Below, piece after piece: positions 1 through 10,806 of a DNA stretch of 64,000 bases. The position numbers and the translations under genes are program-made. The stretch lies in assembly GCF_004010195.1 (NCBI RefSeq), contig NC_057753.1, positions 692,330-756,329 of the forward strand. Reading direction: 5' to 3'. A model generated the notes under the pieces. The model was not told the origin of the DNA, made no database searches, and saw only the letters and a list, made by a program, of their open reading frames with translations. Origin of the DNA: Chiloscyllium plagiosum. Taxonomy: Eukaryota. Position 1 is the stretch's first letter, and each line of letters begins with the position of its first letter.

Positions 1-1500
1 TCTGGCACACCACTTGTCAACTTTAGGATTACTCCTGCACACCCATTGTCAATTTCAGCTACTCAGCTATTCTCTTGTCCTCTTCAATATTCTAACCCCT
101 TGGTCTTTCATTGTCCACAATTAACTTTGATGTCGCATTTTATTGAATGTCTTCGCAAACCAACACACAGTGCAACCACTGATTCCCCTTTATCCAGCAG
201 AAGTCTCAATTATGATTTCTCTTTCATAAAGCTATGATTTTCTTGAACTTATCCTGTTGCTATTCATTTTAAATAGCTTCGAATATTTTGCTATGACAGT
301 TTCGAAAACAGACATGTGCTATTTCTTGTTTGCTTTGTCAAAATGTTTTGATGAACTTGTTAAATGTGACATCTTGCAATCTAAAGGGCCTTTCCAGCAT
401 TGAGGATCATCTGCAACAATAAACTCAAAACGTTAGCTATTTCACTATCATTTTATGTTCGAACGCAGGGATGATGCCACGAGGGGACCGGCAGGTGTTG
501 GCCCCCCGAGCTGTACATTTTAACCCAGTCCTGTTTTTCTGTTACATGTCATTTCCATGCTTTTTTTTCCTTCCTTTCATTTATCGATTCATTACAGTTC
601 CTGGAATGTTGTTGTATTCCCTACCGTGAAACCTCATGTAAATTAAGTATTCTATTCATTTTTGTTTTGTCTCCTTGGTTTTATAGCATGATTTGCCCAC
701 ATTCATTTTCTGCATTACCGACGTTCACTTTGTCAATTACTTTGTTTTCAAAATAATTGCAGGGATTGGTATTCTCTGATTTAATCTCTGGTGAGCTTCC
801 TATCAAAACCCGATGATTCAAAAGTTAATAATTTTCATATCTTTCATTTCTGCAAATTTTACTATTCTGCCTAACTTTCTGACTTACCATCTGTTTGTCC
901 ATAATCACATCCATTTTGCTTAATGTTAATCTTAAACCACAGATAATAGTCCGAACTTGGAATTTTCCGTCATCTTTGGAATGTACCTATTTATGTGATC
1001 TGAAATGTCTCCTTACAAATCTGCCACTATATCATGGATAAATTCTCCTCTAAGATTATTTTGCAATTCCCTTCAGCCGGTTCTGCTTTCGTGCCCTCAT
1101 AATACCCTACGCTAAACAGCAGTTTTCTCTCCCTCAGTTTGAATGTGAATGCAATCACGTTAATGTTGCTAATCACTTGGGGGGGCCTTTACAATGTAAT
1201 GATGAATTAATCCTACCTCCTTGCACCGCTGAAGGAGGTTCAACATATGTCGAAAACGTGCGATTCGAATGAATTATTCAAACATTTTTTTTACGGAGCT
1301 CCATATGTAGGCTGTCTTTGCACATCTCCCTTTCACAGCTTGTTTTTTTTACAGATAATGCCTCCCATAATGATTGTCTGATAATAAAAATTATCAGACA
1401 ATCTCTCATAACGTTTACCTCTATGCCCTCCCTATCTTATAAACACACAAGGCTGACTCGAACACCACTCCCACAAATAACTTCTTGAATGCTAATTTCT
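1..1500 (-). mobile_element. Highly degenerate CR1-clade LINE relic (approximate bounds)
   Basis: Reverse-strand remnants of the RT-region DKGESVDVVYLDF-like motif at ~145-195 and typical CR1 composition. No intact ORF. Confidence 0.45.
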
Positions 1501-3048
1501 TAACTTTACTTAAAAACCCATTCCACGGACTGCTTTCCTGAAATGGTGGACACTCATCTGCCTTTCATAAAATAAGAACAGCCAGAACATTTCTGGCAGC
1601 GTTTGTGACGAGTCAGAGGCAGAGTTTGTTTCCAGTCTAATTGACTCTGTTACACCTCTTTCTGTTCTGCAAATAGCATTATGAGTGGACTTTTGCACTT
1701 GTATAGGTGTCTTAGTCTCCCGTCTTTTCTACATCATCTGTACGAATCCAATCCGTATCGTCTTGCAGGAAGGATAGTGGTGAAGGCCAAGAGCAGTTTC
1801 ATAACCTATTGGCATTGGCATGTGCTGAATATGAGTGTGAACGTCGTTCATGTGAATTCAATCGAATGTACCTGTTGGAATACTTGTTGGAAGGTATCAC
1901 AAACTGTTGTTTCCACAATGAATGATAGCGAGGACATAAACACATGCATGAGAACCTCATTTGCAGTTGGAGTCAGTTATTATGCAGGTGTATTTGGTTA
2001 CCGAGACAGTTATGGATAGTCATTGTCACAGAAAGCATTGCAGTATGTTGATATCTAATTTTGGATCAAAATTATGCGGTTTATTGACAGTGTGGTTGCT
2101 GGAGATCATGGGGCAGTGCTCATGTGTGAATGGACCAAAGAATATAGATAACTTGACATTTCGTAAGCGTCCGTGTATTTGATGATGTGGTGTATTATTT
2201 TATTATGAAACTTCACAAACGATATTTTATAGTGTTATTAATGACATGTCAGCTGAGTAATGATAGACATTGGATATTAATAAGAAGTCAGCAATGGACC
2301 AGTACCATGAACTAAGAGTGTGTTTATCTTGGGCCGTTATAATAGTATGAATGTGGCCGTGGCTGAATTTGAATAAATGGAAGAAAAATTTAATTCGAAA
2401 GTATTGTCTGACTTTGAGAAAATACGTTGATGGGTGAATAAGAGATCCAATTTAGGTTCTGGGCAGCAGAATCCTTATTAGATTTACTTCAAAGAGTTTG
2501 AAGATGGGATCCTAGCGTGGAAAATGACGGAAAATCTCGGATACCTTTGAAGAACTTGGAAGTTATGGTCGCAGGTCAGCTGAGGAATTTTCGAGAGAGG
2601 AGTTAGTTTCCATGAACAAGCAGGTCGTCTTGCTGAATTTGTATTAAGTAATCTGATGATTATAACAAGGTCACGAGTAAACCACAGCTTGTGAACAGTC
2701 TGGTCAGATGGTTGCATTGGTGGCAATAGATTTTGTTTATTTAGTTTTAAACAATTGTTTACTAGAGCAATAGAAAGTGATGTGCATCTACCGCAGGGCA
2801 AGAGTCATCGTTTGGTTGAAAGGCATTCATGATGTGATCATAGAAGATATAGGACGCATAGGATGGGGAAGGAAAGTGAACTGGATTGGTACAATTGAAA
2901 CGTGAAGTTTATTCAAGGAACAGCTAATGTGTGTCTTGATAATTATGTATCTGTAAGGCAGGGAGGAAGTTGTCGAGCGAGCCAGCCATGTTTCACAAAG
3001 TAAATTGAATCTCTTATCAAGAGGAAGAAGAAGGCTTATGTTAAGATG

Positions 3049-3227
3049 GCAGGTTTAATTTGAAGCACACTAGCTTTCGGAGCGACGCTCCTTCATCAGG
3101 TGACGCTCCTGATGAAGGAGCGTCGCTCAGAAAGCTAGTGTGCTTCCAATTAAACCTGTTGGACTATAACCTGGTTTTGTGTGATTTTTAACTTTGTACA
3201 CCCCAGTCCAACACCAGCATCTCCAAA
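3049..3227. mobile_element. Short non-autonomous palindromic element carrying inverted hammerhead motifs, inserted in the CR1 copy
   Basis: 13-bp TSD ttatgttaagatg at 3036-3048 and 3228-3240. Long inverted repeat spanning ~3050-3158. Confidence 0.85.
3068..3102 (-). ncRNA. Minimal type-I hammerhead ribozyme motif (intact)
   Basis: Minus strand reads CAC-CUGAUGA-A-GGAGC(GUC)GCUCC-GAAAG-CUA^GUG. Core boxes are intact, stem I is CAC/GUG, stem II is 5 bp, and stem III is a loopless palindrome (AGCU). Confidence 0.75.
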
Positions 3228-5569
3228 TTATGTTAAGATGAGGCGTGAAGGCTCAATTAGAGCGCTTGAGAGTTAGAAGTTAGACAGGAAAGATCTAAAG
3301 AGAGCGCGAGCAAGAGCCAGGAGGGGAAGTGAGAGATCATTGACGGATAGGATCAAGGAAAACCCTGATGCGTTCTGTCGGTACATCAGGAATAAAAAAA
3401 TGACTAGAGGAAGATTATTACCAGTTAAGAACAGGAGTGAGAAGTTGTGCGTGGAGTTCGAAGAGGTAAGAGAGGCACAAAATGAATATTTTTCATCTGA
3501 ATTCACACAGGAAAAAGACAACGTTGTCGAGGAGATTATTGAGATACAAGCTATTGGAATAGGTGGGATTGAGTTTCACAAGGTGTTAACAATTCTGGAA
3601 AGTGTGAAAATAGATAAATCCTTTGTGCTGAATGGGTTTTCCCCCAGGATTCTTTGAGAAGCTAGAGAGGAGATGGCAGAGCCTTTGACTTTGATCTTTA
3701 TGCCGTCATTGTGTACAGATGTAGTTCTGGAAGACTGGAGGATTGCAAATGTTGTTCCGTTTTTCAAGAAGTAGCGTATAGACATCTCTGGTAATTATTG
3801 ACCAGTGAGCCTTGCTTCAGTTGTGCGTAAAGTGTTGGAAAATGTTTGAAGAGCTAAGATTTTTAATCATCCAGACAGGAATAAGCTTGTTAGGGATAGT
3901 CAATACGGCTTTGTTAAGGCGGGGACGTGCTTCACAAACCTTATTGAGTTCTTTGAGAAGGTGACCAAACAGTTGGATGAGGGTAAAGCGGTTGATGTGG
4001 TGTTTATGGATTTCAGTAAAATGTTTGATAAGGTTCCCCATGGTAGGCTATTGCACACAATAGGAAAGCATGGGGTTGAGTGTGAATTAGCGGTTTGGAA
4101 AAGAAAATGGTATGCTGAAAGAAGGCATAGTTTGGTGGCTATGGGAAATGTTCATCCTGGAGTTCAGTTACTACTAGTGCATCGCACGGGTCTGTTTTTT
4201 CGCCACTGTTGTTTGTCATTTTTATAAGTGACCTGGAGGAGCGCGTAGGATGATGAGTTAGTAAATTTGCAGATGATCCTAAGGTCGGTCGAATTGTCGA
4301 TAGTGCTGAAGGAGGGTGTAGATTACATAGGAACATAGATAAGCTGCAGAGCTGGGTTGAGAGGTGTAAAATGGAGTTTGATGAGAAAAAATGTGAAGTG
4401 ATTCACCTTGGAAGGAGTAACAGGAATGAAGGTTATTGGGTTAATGGCAAGATTCTTGGTAATGTGATGAACAGAGAGATCTCGGTGTTCATGTAGATAC
4501 ATCGCTGAAAGTTGCCAATCAGGGTGATAGGATTGTTACGAAGGCATGTCATGTGTTAGCTTTTATTGCTAGAGGGATTGAGTTTCGGACCATGAGATCA
4601 TGCTTCATCTGTATAAAACTCTACTGCAGCCGCACTTTGAGTATTGTGTACAATTGTTGTCACTGCATGATAGGACGAATATGAAAGCTTTGGAAAGGCT
4701 TAAGAGGAGATTTACTCGGATGTTGCCTGGTCTAGAAGGGAGGACATACAAGGAAAGGCTGATGGACTTCAGGCTGCTTTCCTTAGAGTGAAGATGGTTT
4801 AGAGGTGACTTAATTGAAACACATAAGATAATCAGAGGCTTAGATAGGGTGGGGAGTGAGAACATTTTTTTCTCGAATGGTGATGTCTAGCACGAGGGGA
4901 CATAAGTTGAATTCAGGGGTTATAGATCTAGGAGAGATTTCAGAGGTAGTTTCTTTACTCGGATAGTAGTAAGGGAGTGGAATGCACTGCCTGCAACAGT
5001 AGTAGATTCGCCAACTTTAAGGGCATTGGATAGATATATGATCATGGAGTAGTGCAGTTTAGATGGGGTTCAGATTGGTTTCACAGATGGGCGCAACATC
5101 GAGGGCTGAAGGGCCTATATTGCGCTATAATGTTCTATGATCTCGGTAAAGAAAATGTGGTCCCTTTCCCTGACAGGAATGTCCTAAAGTTATGAGGTTA
5201 AATCAAACACTGAATGGAAAGAAACCCATTTGTGTTTACTGGGGACTCAAGTGATTCTTTGAAAAAACCGTCTAAGTAAAGGAGATATTAAGTGATGCCT
5301 TTTACGATCAAGATAGCTGTCAGGTTCGAGGTATTTCGCTCCAGGAGTGATTCTCCCAGAATCACTGTGTGTACGTTATACAACAGCTAGGTACGAATGC
5401 TAATTTTTGGAATAAACAAAAGCTTGAAGTTATGGGACTGAAGAATATGATTTCTGCTGCGTAATAGGCGTTAACTGTTCATTTCTACTCCACGATGGGA
5501 CTTTGACAACAGTGATAGAAAATCACAGTGCGAGGATGGGGAATTGATTTATGTGTGCTACCATCCTGT

Positions 5570-5890
5570 ACAACGGGTTGGCGAGAACTAGGGAAACAGT
5601 CTGAGGATTCGAGTTGGACCATTTCGGAGGCATTTAAGGAGACATTTCTTCACCCAAAGTGTGGTGAGCATGTGGAATTCATTACCACAGGAAGTAGTTG
5701 ATACCAAAATCTTGAATGTGTACAACAGACAGCGTGATATTGCACTTGGAATGAATAGAATCAAATGTTATGGGGAGAAAGCAGGACTGGGCTATTGAGT
5801 TGAAAGATCAGCAGAATCATGATGAATGCCGGAGCAGGCTCGAAAGGCCGAATGGCCTCCTCCTGTTAATAACTTCTATGTTGCTACGTT
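5570..5890 (+). mobile_element. CR1 LINE 3'-end fragment
   Basis: RHFFTQSVVSMWNSLPQEVVD-like coding remnant and tail ggctcgaaaggccgaatggcctcctcctg. Confidence 0.8.
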
Positions 5891-6689
5891 CGATACAGGA
5901 CAGTTTCTAGTTCAGTAAGGAGCAACCGTGCTCCCTCAAGTATATTAACAAGGCTTCGAGATCCCTTTTGCCTCTGGTGTGCAAACACACTTCTGTTGAC
6001 TTGTCAAAACTAAAATGACACCAAAATGAAAAGCTTGTTCAAAATTCTCTCCCGACAAATATATAAGATGAAACTGCCTCGTTATCAGGAAATTTTGGCA
6101 ATAACTCCTTAAACTTTGGAGACATGGCTAAATTTTAGAATAGGAAGATATGTTTTAATAAGTGCACAAAGAATAGAAAGAGGGGTTAAGAAATAAATAG
6201 ATTTATGGAGGAGTATTACATAACCTCGATTCTTGGAGGCTGGATGGACATTGATTCGTTTTGGGACAGTTTAAATCAGGAATTCTCCAGAGGCAAGTAC
6301 ATGTATGCACATTTCTCATATGATGTGAGCTCGAGGTAATTTTAGAGTGAGATTTGAGTGAAGCTATTAGAGCTTCAGGACAACTAAGGGAATTATGAAG
6401 TCGACGGATGGCTTAACATGGCAAAATTTAAGTCACAAAGCAGACAGGTGTTCCAGGATTGGTACTTAGATTTTGTTTAAGACACTGGTAGAAGATTAAT
6501 TGAAGCCCCAAAGGTAGAAATGGTGATTGGCCAAGAATGCATTCTCAAGATTGTGCAAATTCATGACTTAATGTTTGAACAATAAATTAGCTGAGAGTTA
6601 AAGATAGGCAGAAGTTAGATATAAAAACAGGTGGTCTTAACAAGGAAGTCCGGGCCAAACATTTAACGATTGATAACATCATGAGAAGC

Positions 6690-7590
6690 CTGTATCATTT
6701 AAAAATCAGAAGTATTTTCCCTAGGGTAGGGGAGATCAAATCTAGAAGGAATAGGTTTAAGGTGAGAGGGAAAAGATTGTAAAGACACCTGAGGATCAGA
6801 TGTTTCGTACAGATAGTGGGGTAAATGTGGAATGAACTGCCAGAGGAAGGGGTAGAAATGGAACAGTTACAACACTTTAAAGCGATTGGGAAGACTCAGT
6901 AGGAAAAACTGTTTGTAGAATATGGACCAAGTAAAGCAAATAAAGAAGGCGCTTGGTGTACTTTCCTTTGCTGATCAGTGCACTGAGTATAAGAGTTGGG
7001 AGGGCATATTGTGGCTGTACAGAACATTGGTTATGCCACTTTTGGAATACTGTATGCAAGTTTGTCTCCTTGCTTTGGGAAGAATGTTCTGAAACTTGAA
7101 AGCCTTCAGGAAAGGTTTACAAGAATGTTGTCAAGGTTGAAGAGTTTGAGCGAAGGGAGAGACTGAATAGGTTGGTGCCATTTTCCTTGGAGTGTCGGAG
7201 GCTGATGTGTGACCTTATAGAGGTTTATTGAATTATGAGGGACATTGAGAACTAAAATAGACAATGTCTTTTCCTTTGGTTGGGGTAGTTCAAAACTAGA
7301 GGGGGTCTGATTGAGCTGAGAGGGAAAAGATATGAAAGGGTCCTTAAGGACAACTTTGACTCTCTCAGGATGGTGCGTTTATGGAAAGGCTGAAAGATGA
7401 AGAGGTGGAGGCTGGTAAAAATTACAATACTTAAACTGCATCTGAATGGGTACATGAATAACAATGTTTAGAGGGATATGGGCTAATTTCTGGAAAATGA
7501 GATGAGACTAATTTAGGCAATCTGCTTGGCATGGGCAAGTTGGACTGAAGCGATATTTCCTTGTTGTACATCTCAATGACTCTATGACTC
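6690..7590 (+). mobile_element. Two adjacent CR1 LINE 3'-end fragments
   Basis: Remnants LYRTLVMPLLEYC, FSLECRRLMCDLIEVY and WNELPEE, with a tail ending atgactctatgactcta. Confidence 0.75.
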
Positions 7591-7879
7591 TAAATGGAGC
7601 AATTACAAATAGTGAAACCAGGTCAGCGTGGATGAATTCGAGCGAATGTTTTTTTTTTCTCTGTTCTTTGGACAATATTAGTCTACCCAGTTTGGAGCTC
7701 ACCTCAAGGTTAAATATGATGCCAACGTTGAGAGTAGTTTATTTTCGCAACGTGATACCATGATATAATAAAATGATAACTTTTTGTAATGTTTGACAGT
7801 AATCGATTCAACAGGGCAGCACAGAAACTTTCTAATCATCTATACACAATACAGTCAATCTTTTTTGTTGTAATTTTAG

Positions 7880-8194
7880 GAGCATACCCTTCTCGACCAG
7901 TCATCAGTCTCCTCTACTCTGAAGAACAGAGAGCAAACGGATTTCTGCAGCTGGTTTGTCTAATCAACAAATTCTATCCTGAAAACATTGCGGTGAAATG
8001 GCAGAAGAATGGAAATGCCATAGGTTCTGGCTTTACAACCACATCTCCATTGAAAACAGCGAACAACGACTTTAGCTCTACCAGTTTGCTTAAAGTGCCC
8101 CTGCAGGAATGGAGCAGCGGTTCTGTGTACAGTTGTCAAGTTTCCCATTCTGCAACCAGCAGTAACCAGAGAAAGGAAATTCATTCAACAGCCG
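7880..8194 (+). CDS. IgNAR: IgNAR constant domain C1 exon (105 codons)
   Basis: Acceptor ttttag|GA at 7878-7879 and donor G|gtaaaa at 8195. Translation (G)AYPSRPVISLLYSEEQRANGFLQLVCLINKFYPENIAVKWQKN...LLKVPLQEWSSGSVYSCQVSHSATSSNQRKEIHSTA has the C1-set C..FYP..W..YxC motifs. Confidence 0.96.
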
Positions 8195-8709
8195 GTAAAA
8201 AAAGTTGAACAATCTCACAAACTCATATTAATAATCATAATCACTTGCATAATAAATATTAGACTAGAAGGAACATTATTATGTTGTCTTATTGCTGAGG
8301 ATGAAGCATTCTTGAAATAGTTGCAGTGAGTGATATCAATGGCAATTTGTAGTCCAGAGTAATGTTACTCCAAAAGTGATTGGGAATGACCCAGGTACCT
8401 AAAACTTGTCTTCAAAAAAAATATAGTGGTGTACAACATCTGATATTATTTTCCTCTGCTCTGTGTAAGTCTTTATCTCAGTCGCAAAAGCTGATGGAAA
8501 TAAATAGAAGCCTTGTAAGAAGACAGAGGAAAAGAGACAGTGATATAGGCACTATGGCGAAAATAACAGAACGATAGAGGTTAATGTACAATCTCCTGAG
8601 ATGACGGTTTTAAACAAAGTTCCTTATTCTCGATATTAATTATCTTTATAAAACAAGGTAATTGCACGCTTTAACTAATTTACCAAGTCAATCCAAGGCA
8701 TCAAAAATA

Positions 8710-8884
8710 GTTTCGAGAGTGTGTGGTGGTGGAAAAGCACAGCAGGTCATGCAGCATCCGAGGAGCAGGAGAATCGACGTTTCGGTCAGGAGCCCTTCCT
8801 CGAATGCTGCATGACCTGCTGTCATTTTCCAACACCACACACTCTCGACTCTGATCTCCAGCATGTGCAGTCCTCACTTTCTCC
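8710..8884. mobile_element. Short palindromic hammerhead-family non-autonomous element (central deletion removes ribozyme cores)
   Basis: 11-bp TSD catcaaaaata at 8699-8709 and 8885-8895. Inverted arms. Partial minus-strand GAAGGGC...CCGAAACGUCGAUUC lacks CUGAU. Confidence 0.75.
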
Positions 8885-9274
8885 CATCAAAAATACTTTG
8901 TCAATGCCTATACTTCATCAGAAAGGAAACAACTTCAACAATGAGTAATTCTACTGCTAACACTAAGAAGGATTTAGAGTTTTCTGCTGATGTGTGGAAC
9001 CAAGCATTTGTAGAAAAGATGAATTGGGAGGATGCTGTTCAGACAAATTAAGCGGAGAGACAGAGGAGTCTGATGAAACAGAGACAGAAATTTGTTTTTG
9101 GATGGGAGACAACAAACATGCAACGATATGCTTTATTGAAACCTTCCTGATATGGATCGCCAGAAGGACAAGACAAATGTTGTTTTTTCAGACAGTACAT
9201 CCAATGACGTATCAGGGATAATGATCTCAATAATCATTGTGCTTCAATTTCAGCAACCCTCATGATGTGGTAAT

Positions 9275-9910
9275 TTTTCTCTGTCTCGCCATCTTTATCT
9301 TGCTATCTCACGCTCTTTTATTACTGCCAGACTCACTTCGTCTCTGTCTATTGGCTTGTGTCTCTCTGCTAATTCTGACTACTCTCGTTCTGTAACTTGA
9401 TATTTCTCTTCACTGACCATATGTATATATGTCTTGGTTTCTCTGTTTCTCCCCTTCTCGAAAATGTTTATTCTTTCATGCTCCTGTTTCTGCAGATTTT
9501 AATAATTCTTTGTGCATCATTGACTGTAGCTGATTATGCTTCTCTTCTTCCTTGCGCCAATTGGTATTTATGCCTCCATTTTGTCTTCTTTTCCTTGGTA
9601 CTCTCTGACCATCTTCCGCTCTTTCTGGCTGTCTTTTCTAATCTGTTATCTCTAGATCCCATTTTCTGAGCTTTATGTCTTTATATATATCCATCTGACA
9701 ATCTCAGTTTACCTATTCCTACATTTGTCTTACTGCATATCTTAATCTGCATTTGTGTGTGCATCATTTTGAACTAGTTTGAATTTTCTTCTCTGCTGAT
9801 TGTTTCTCTGTTTCTTTCTTTCCTGCTTACGAAATGGATCCACATCAATTCCTTCATTCCTCAAAATGCTTCTCTCGCTTTCCTTTTTGTTTATTACTTT
9901 CTTAATTGTA
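9275..9910 (+). repeat. Degenerate pyrimidine-rich (CT/TC) low-complexity tract in the C1-C2 intron
   Basis: About 630 nt dominated by tctct/ctttc/tgtct words on the sense strand. Confidence 0.6.
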
Positions 9911-10115
9911 TTGGCTTATACAAATTATAAAGCAAATCAACAAAAGTGAATAAAGCAATGACTCTTCAAATTCTTTCTTGCTGTATCTGTGAGAAAGACA
10001 TTCGCAATTTATCGTACAATCTCTTGGCACTAATTTTGGCATTCTTGTTACAATCCTGGTTACATTATTATTGGAACATGGAAAAGAATTTGAAACTCTG
10101 ATTTCTCACCAACAG

Positions 10116-10412
10116 AGATCGCTGTATTACTAAGGGATCCTTTGGTTGAAGAAATCTGGATCAATAAAAATGCCACTCTGGTTTGTGAAGTGCTTTCTAC
10201 AGTTTCAGCTGGGATAGTCATCTCTTGGATGGTGGATGGAAAGGTACGGAATGGAGGCGTTCAAACTGAAGCAGCTATTGAAAACCAACGTCTGACCATC
10301 AGCCGCTTGACTAGCAGCGTGGATGAGTGGCAGAGTGGGGTGGAATACACATGCTCTGTAAAACACAATCAATCATCAACCGCAGTATCAAAACGAACAA
10401 GAATGGCAAGAG
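10116..10412 (+). CDS. IgNAR: IgNAR constant domain C2 exon (99 codons)
   Basis: Acceptor ccaacag|AG and donor G|gttggt at 10413. Translation (E)IAVLLRDPLVEEIWINKNATLVCEVLSTVSAGIVISWMVDG...EWQSGVEYTCSVKHNQSSTAVSKRTRMAR. Confidence 0.96.
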
Positions 10413-10488
10413 GTTGGTAACCAGAGATATACATTTATATATGTCATTTTATCAATGACGAAATACTAAAATTGTAATTCTATTACAG

Positions 10489-10806
10489 TCAAACCAGAGA
10501 AGCCACATCTCCGCCTCCTACCTCCAACACCAAACGAGGTTCAAAACGGCACCTCTGCTACTCTCACATGTTTGATAAGAGGATTCTATCCTGACAAAAT
10601 ACGAGTTAACTGGGAGAAAGACGGAGCTTCTGTCAGCGCGAACATCACCATTTTCCCCACTGCTCTGGAACAGGACCTGACCTACAGCACACGGAGCCTT
10701 CTCGTTTTACCTGCAGTGGAATGGAAGAGCGGAGCAAAATACACCTGCACTGCCTCGCATCCATCTTCACAGTCCACTGTGAAAAGGGTCATCAGCCAGA
10801 CGAAAG
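10489..10806 (+). CDS. IgNAR: IgNAR constant domain C3 exon (106 codons)
   Basis: Acceptor tattacag|TC and donor G|gtaagg at 10807. Translation (V)KPEKPHLRLLPPTPNEVQNGTSATLTCLIRGFYPDKIRVNWEKD...EWKSGAKYTCTASHPSSQSTVKRVISQTK. Confidence 0.96.

Larger units (their letters stand above)
2840..5143 (+). mobile_element. CR1-clade LINE (HER1-like), 5'-truncated and decayed
   Basis: ORF2 fragments IKENPDAFCRYIRNK, AVDVVFMDFSKMFDKVPHGRLL, KFADD (~4263) and LYKTLLQPHFEYCVQ. 3' tail gggctgaagggcct...tgttctatg. Multiple stops and frameshifts. Confidence 0.9.

Noticed and set aside
166-205. CACAGTG heptamer as a recombination signal sequence
   Set aside because: No convincing nonamer at 12 or 22/23 nt, and it lies in a reverse CR1 RT remnant.
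469-512. GC-rich mini-exon (hinge) between J and C1
   Set aside because: Candidate donors at 495 and 513 give phase 0 ends incompatible with the phase-1 C1 acceptor, and the splice signals are weak.
5330-5560. CACTGTG (5363) and CACAGTG (5524) as RSSs flanking a D or J segment
   Set aside because: Nonamers are poor or mis-spaced, the enclosed 154 nt is too long for a D segment, and there is no GxGT-x-x-TV J motif.
9397-9669. Hydrophobic 90-aa ORF as an extra transmembrane exon
   Set aside because: A by-product of the pyrimidine-rich low-complexity tract, with no CART motif and no supported splice sites.
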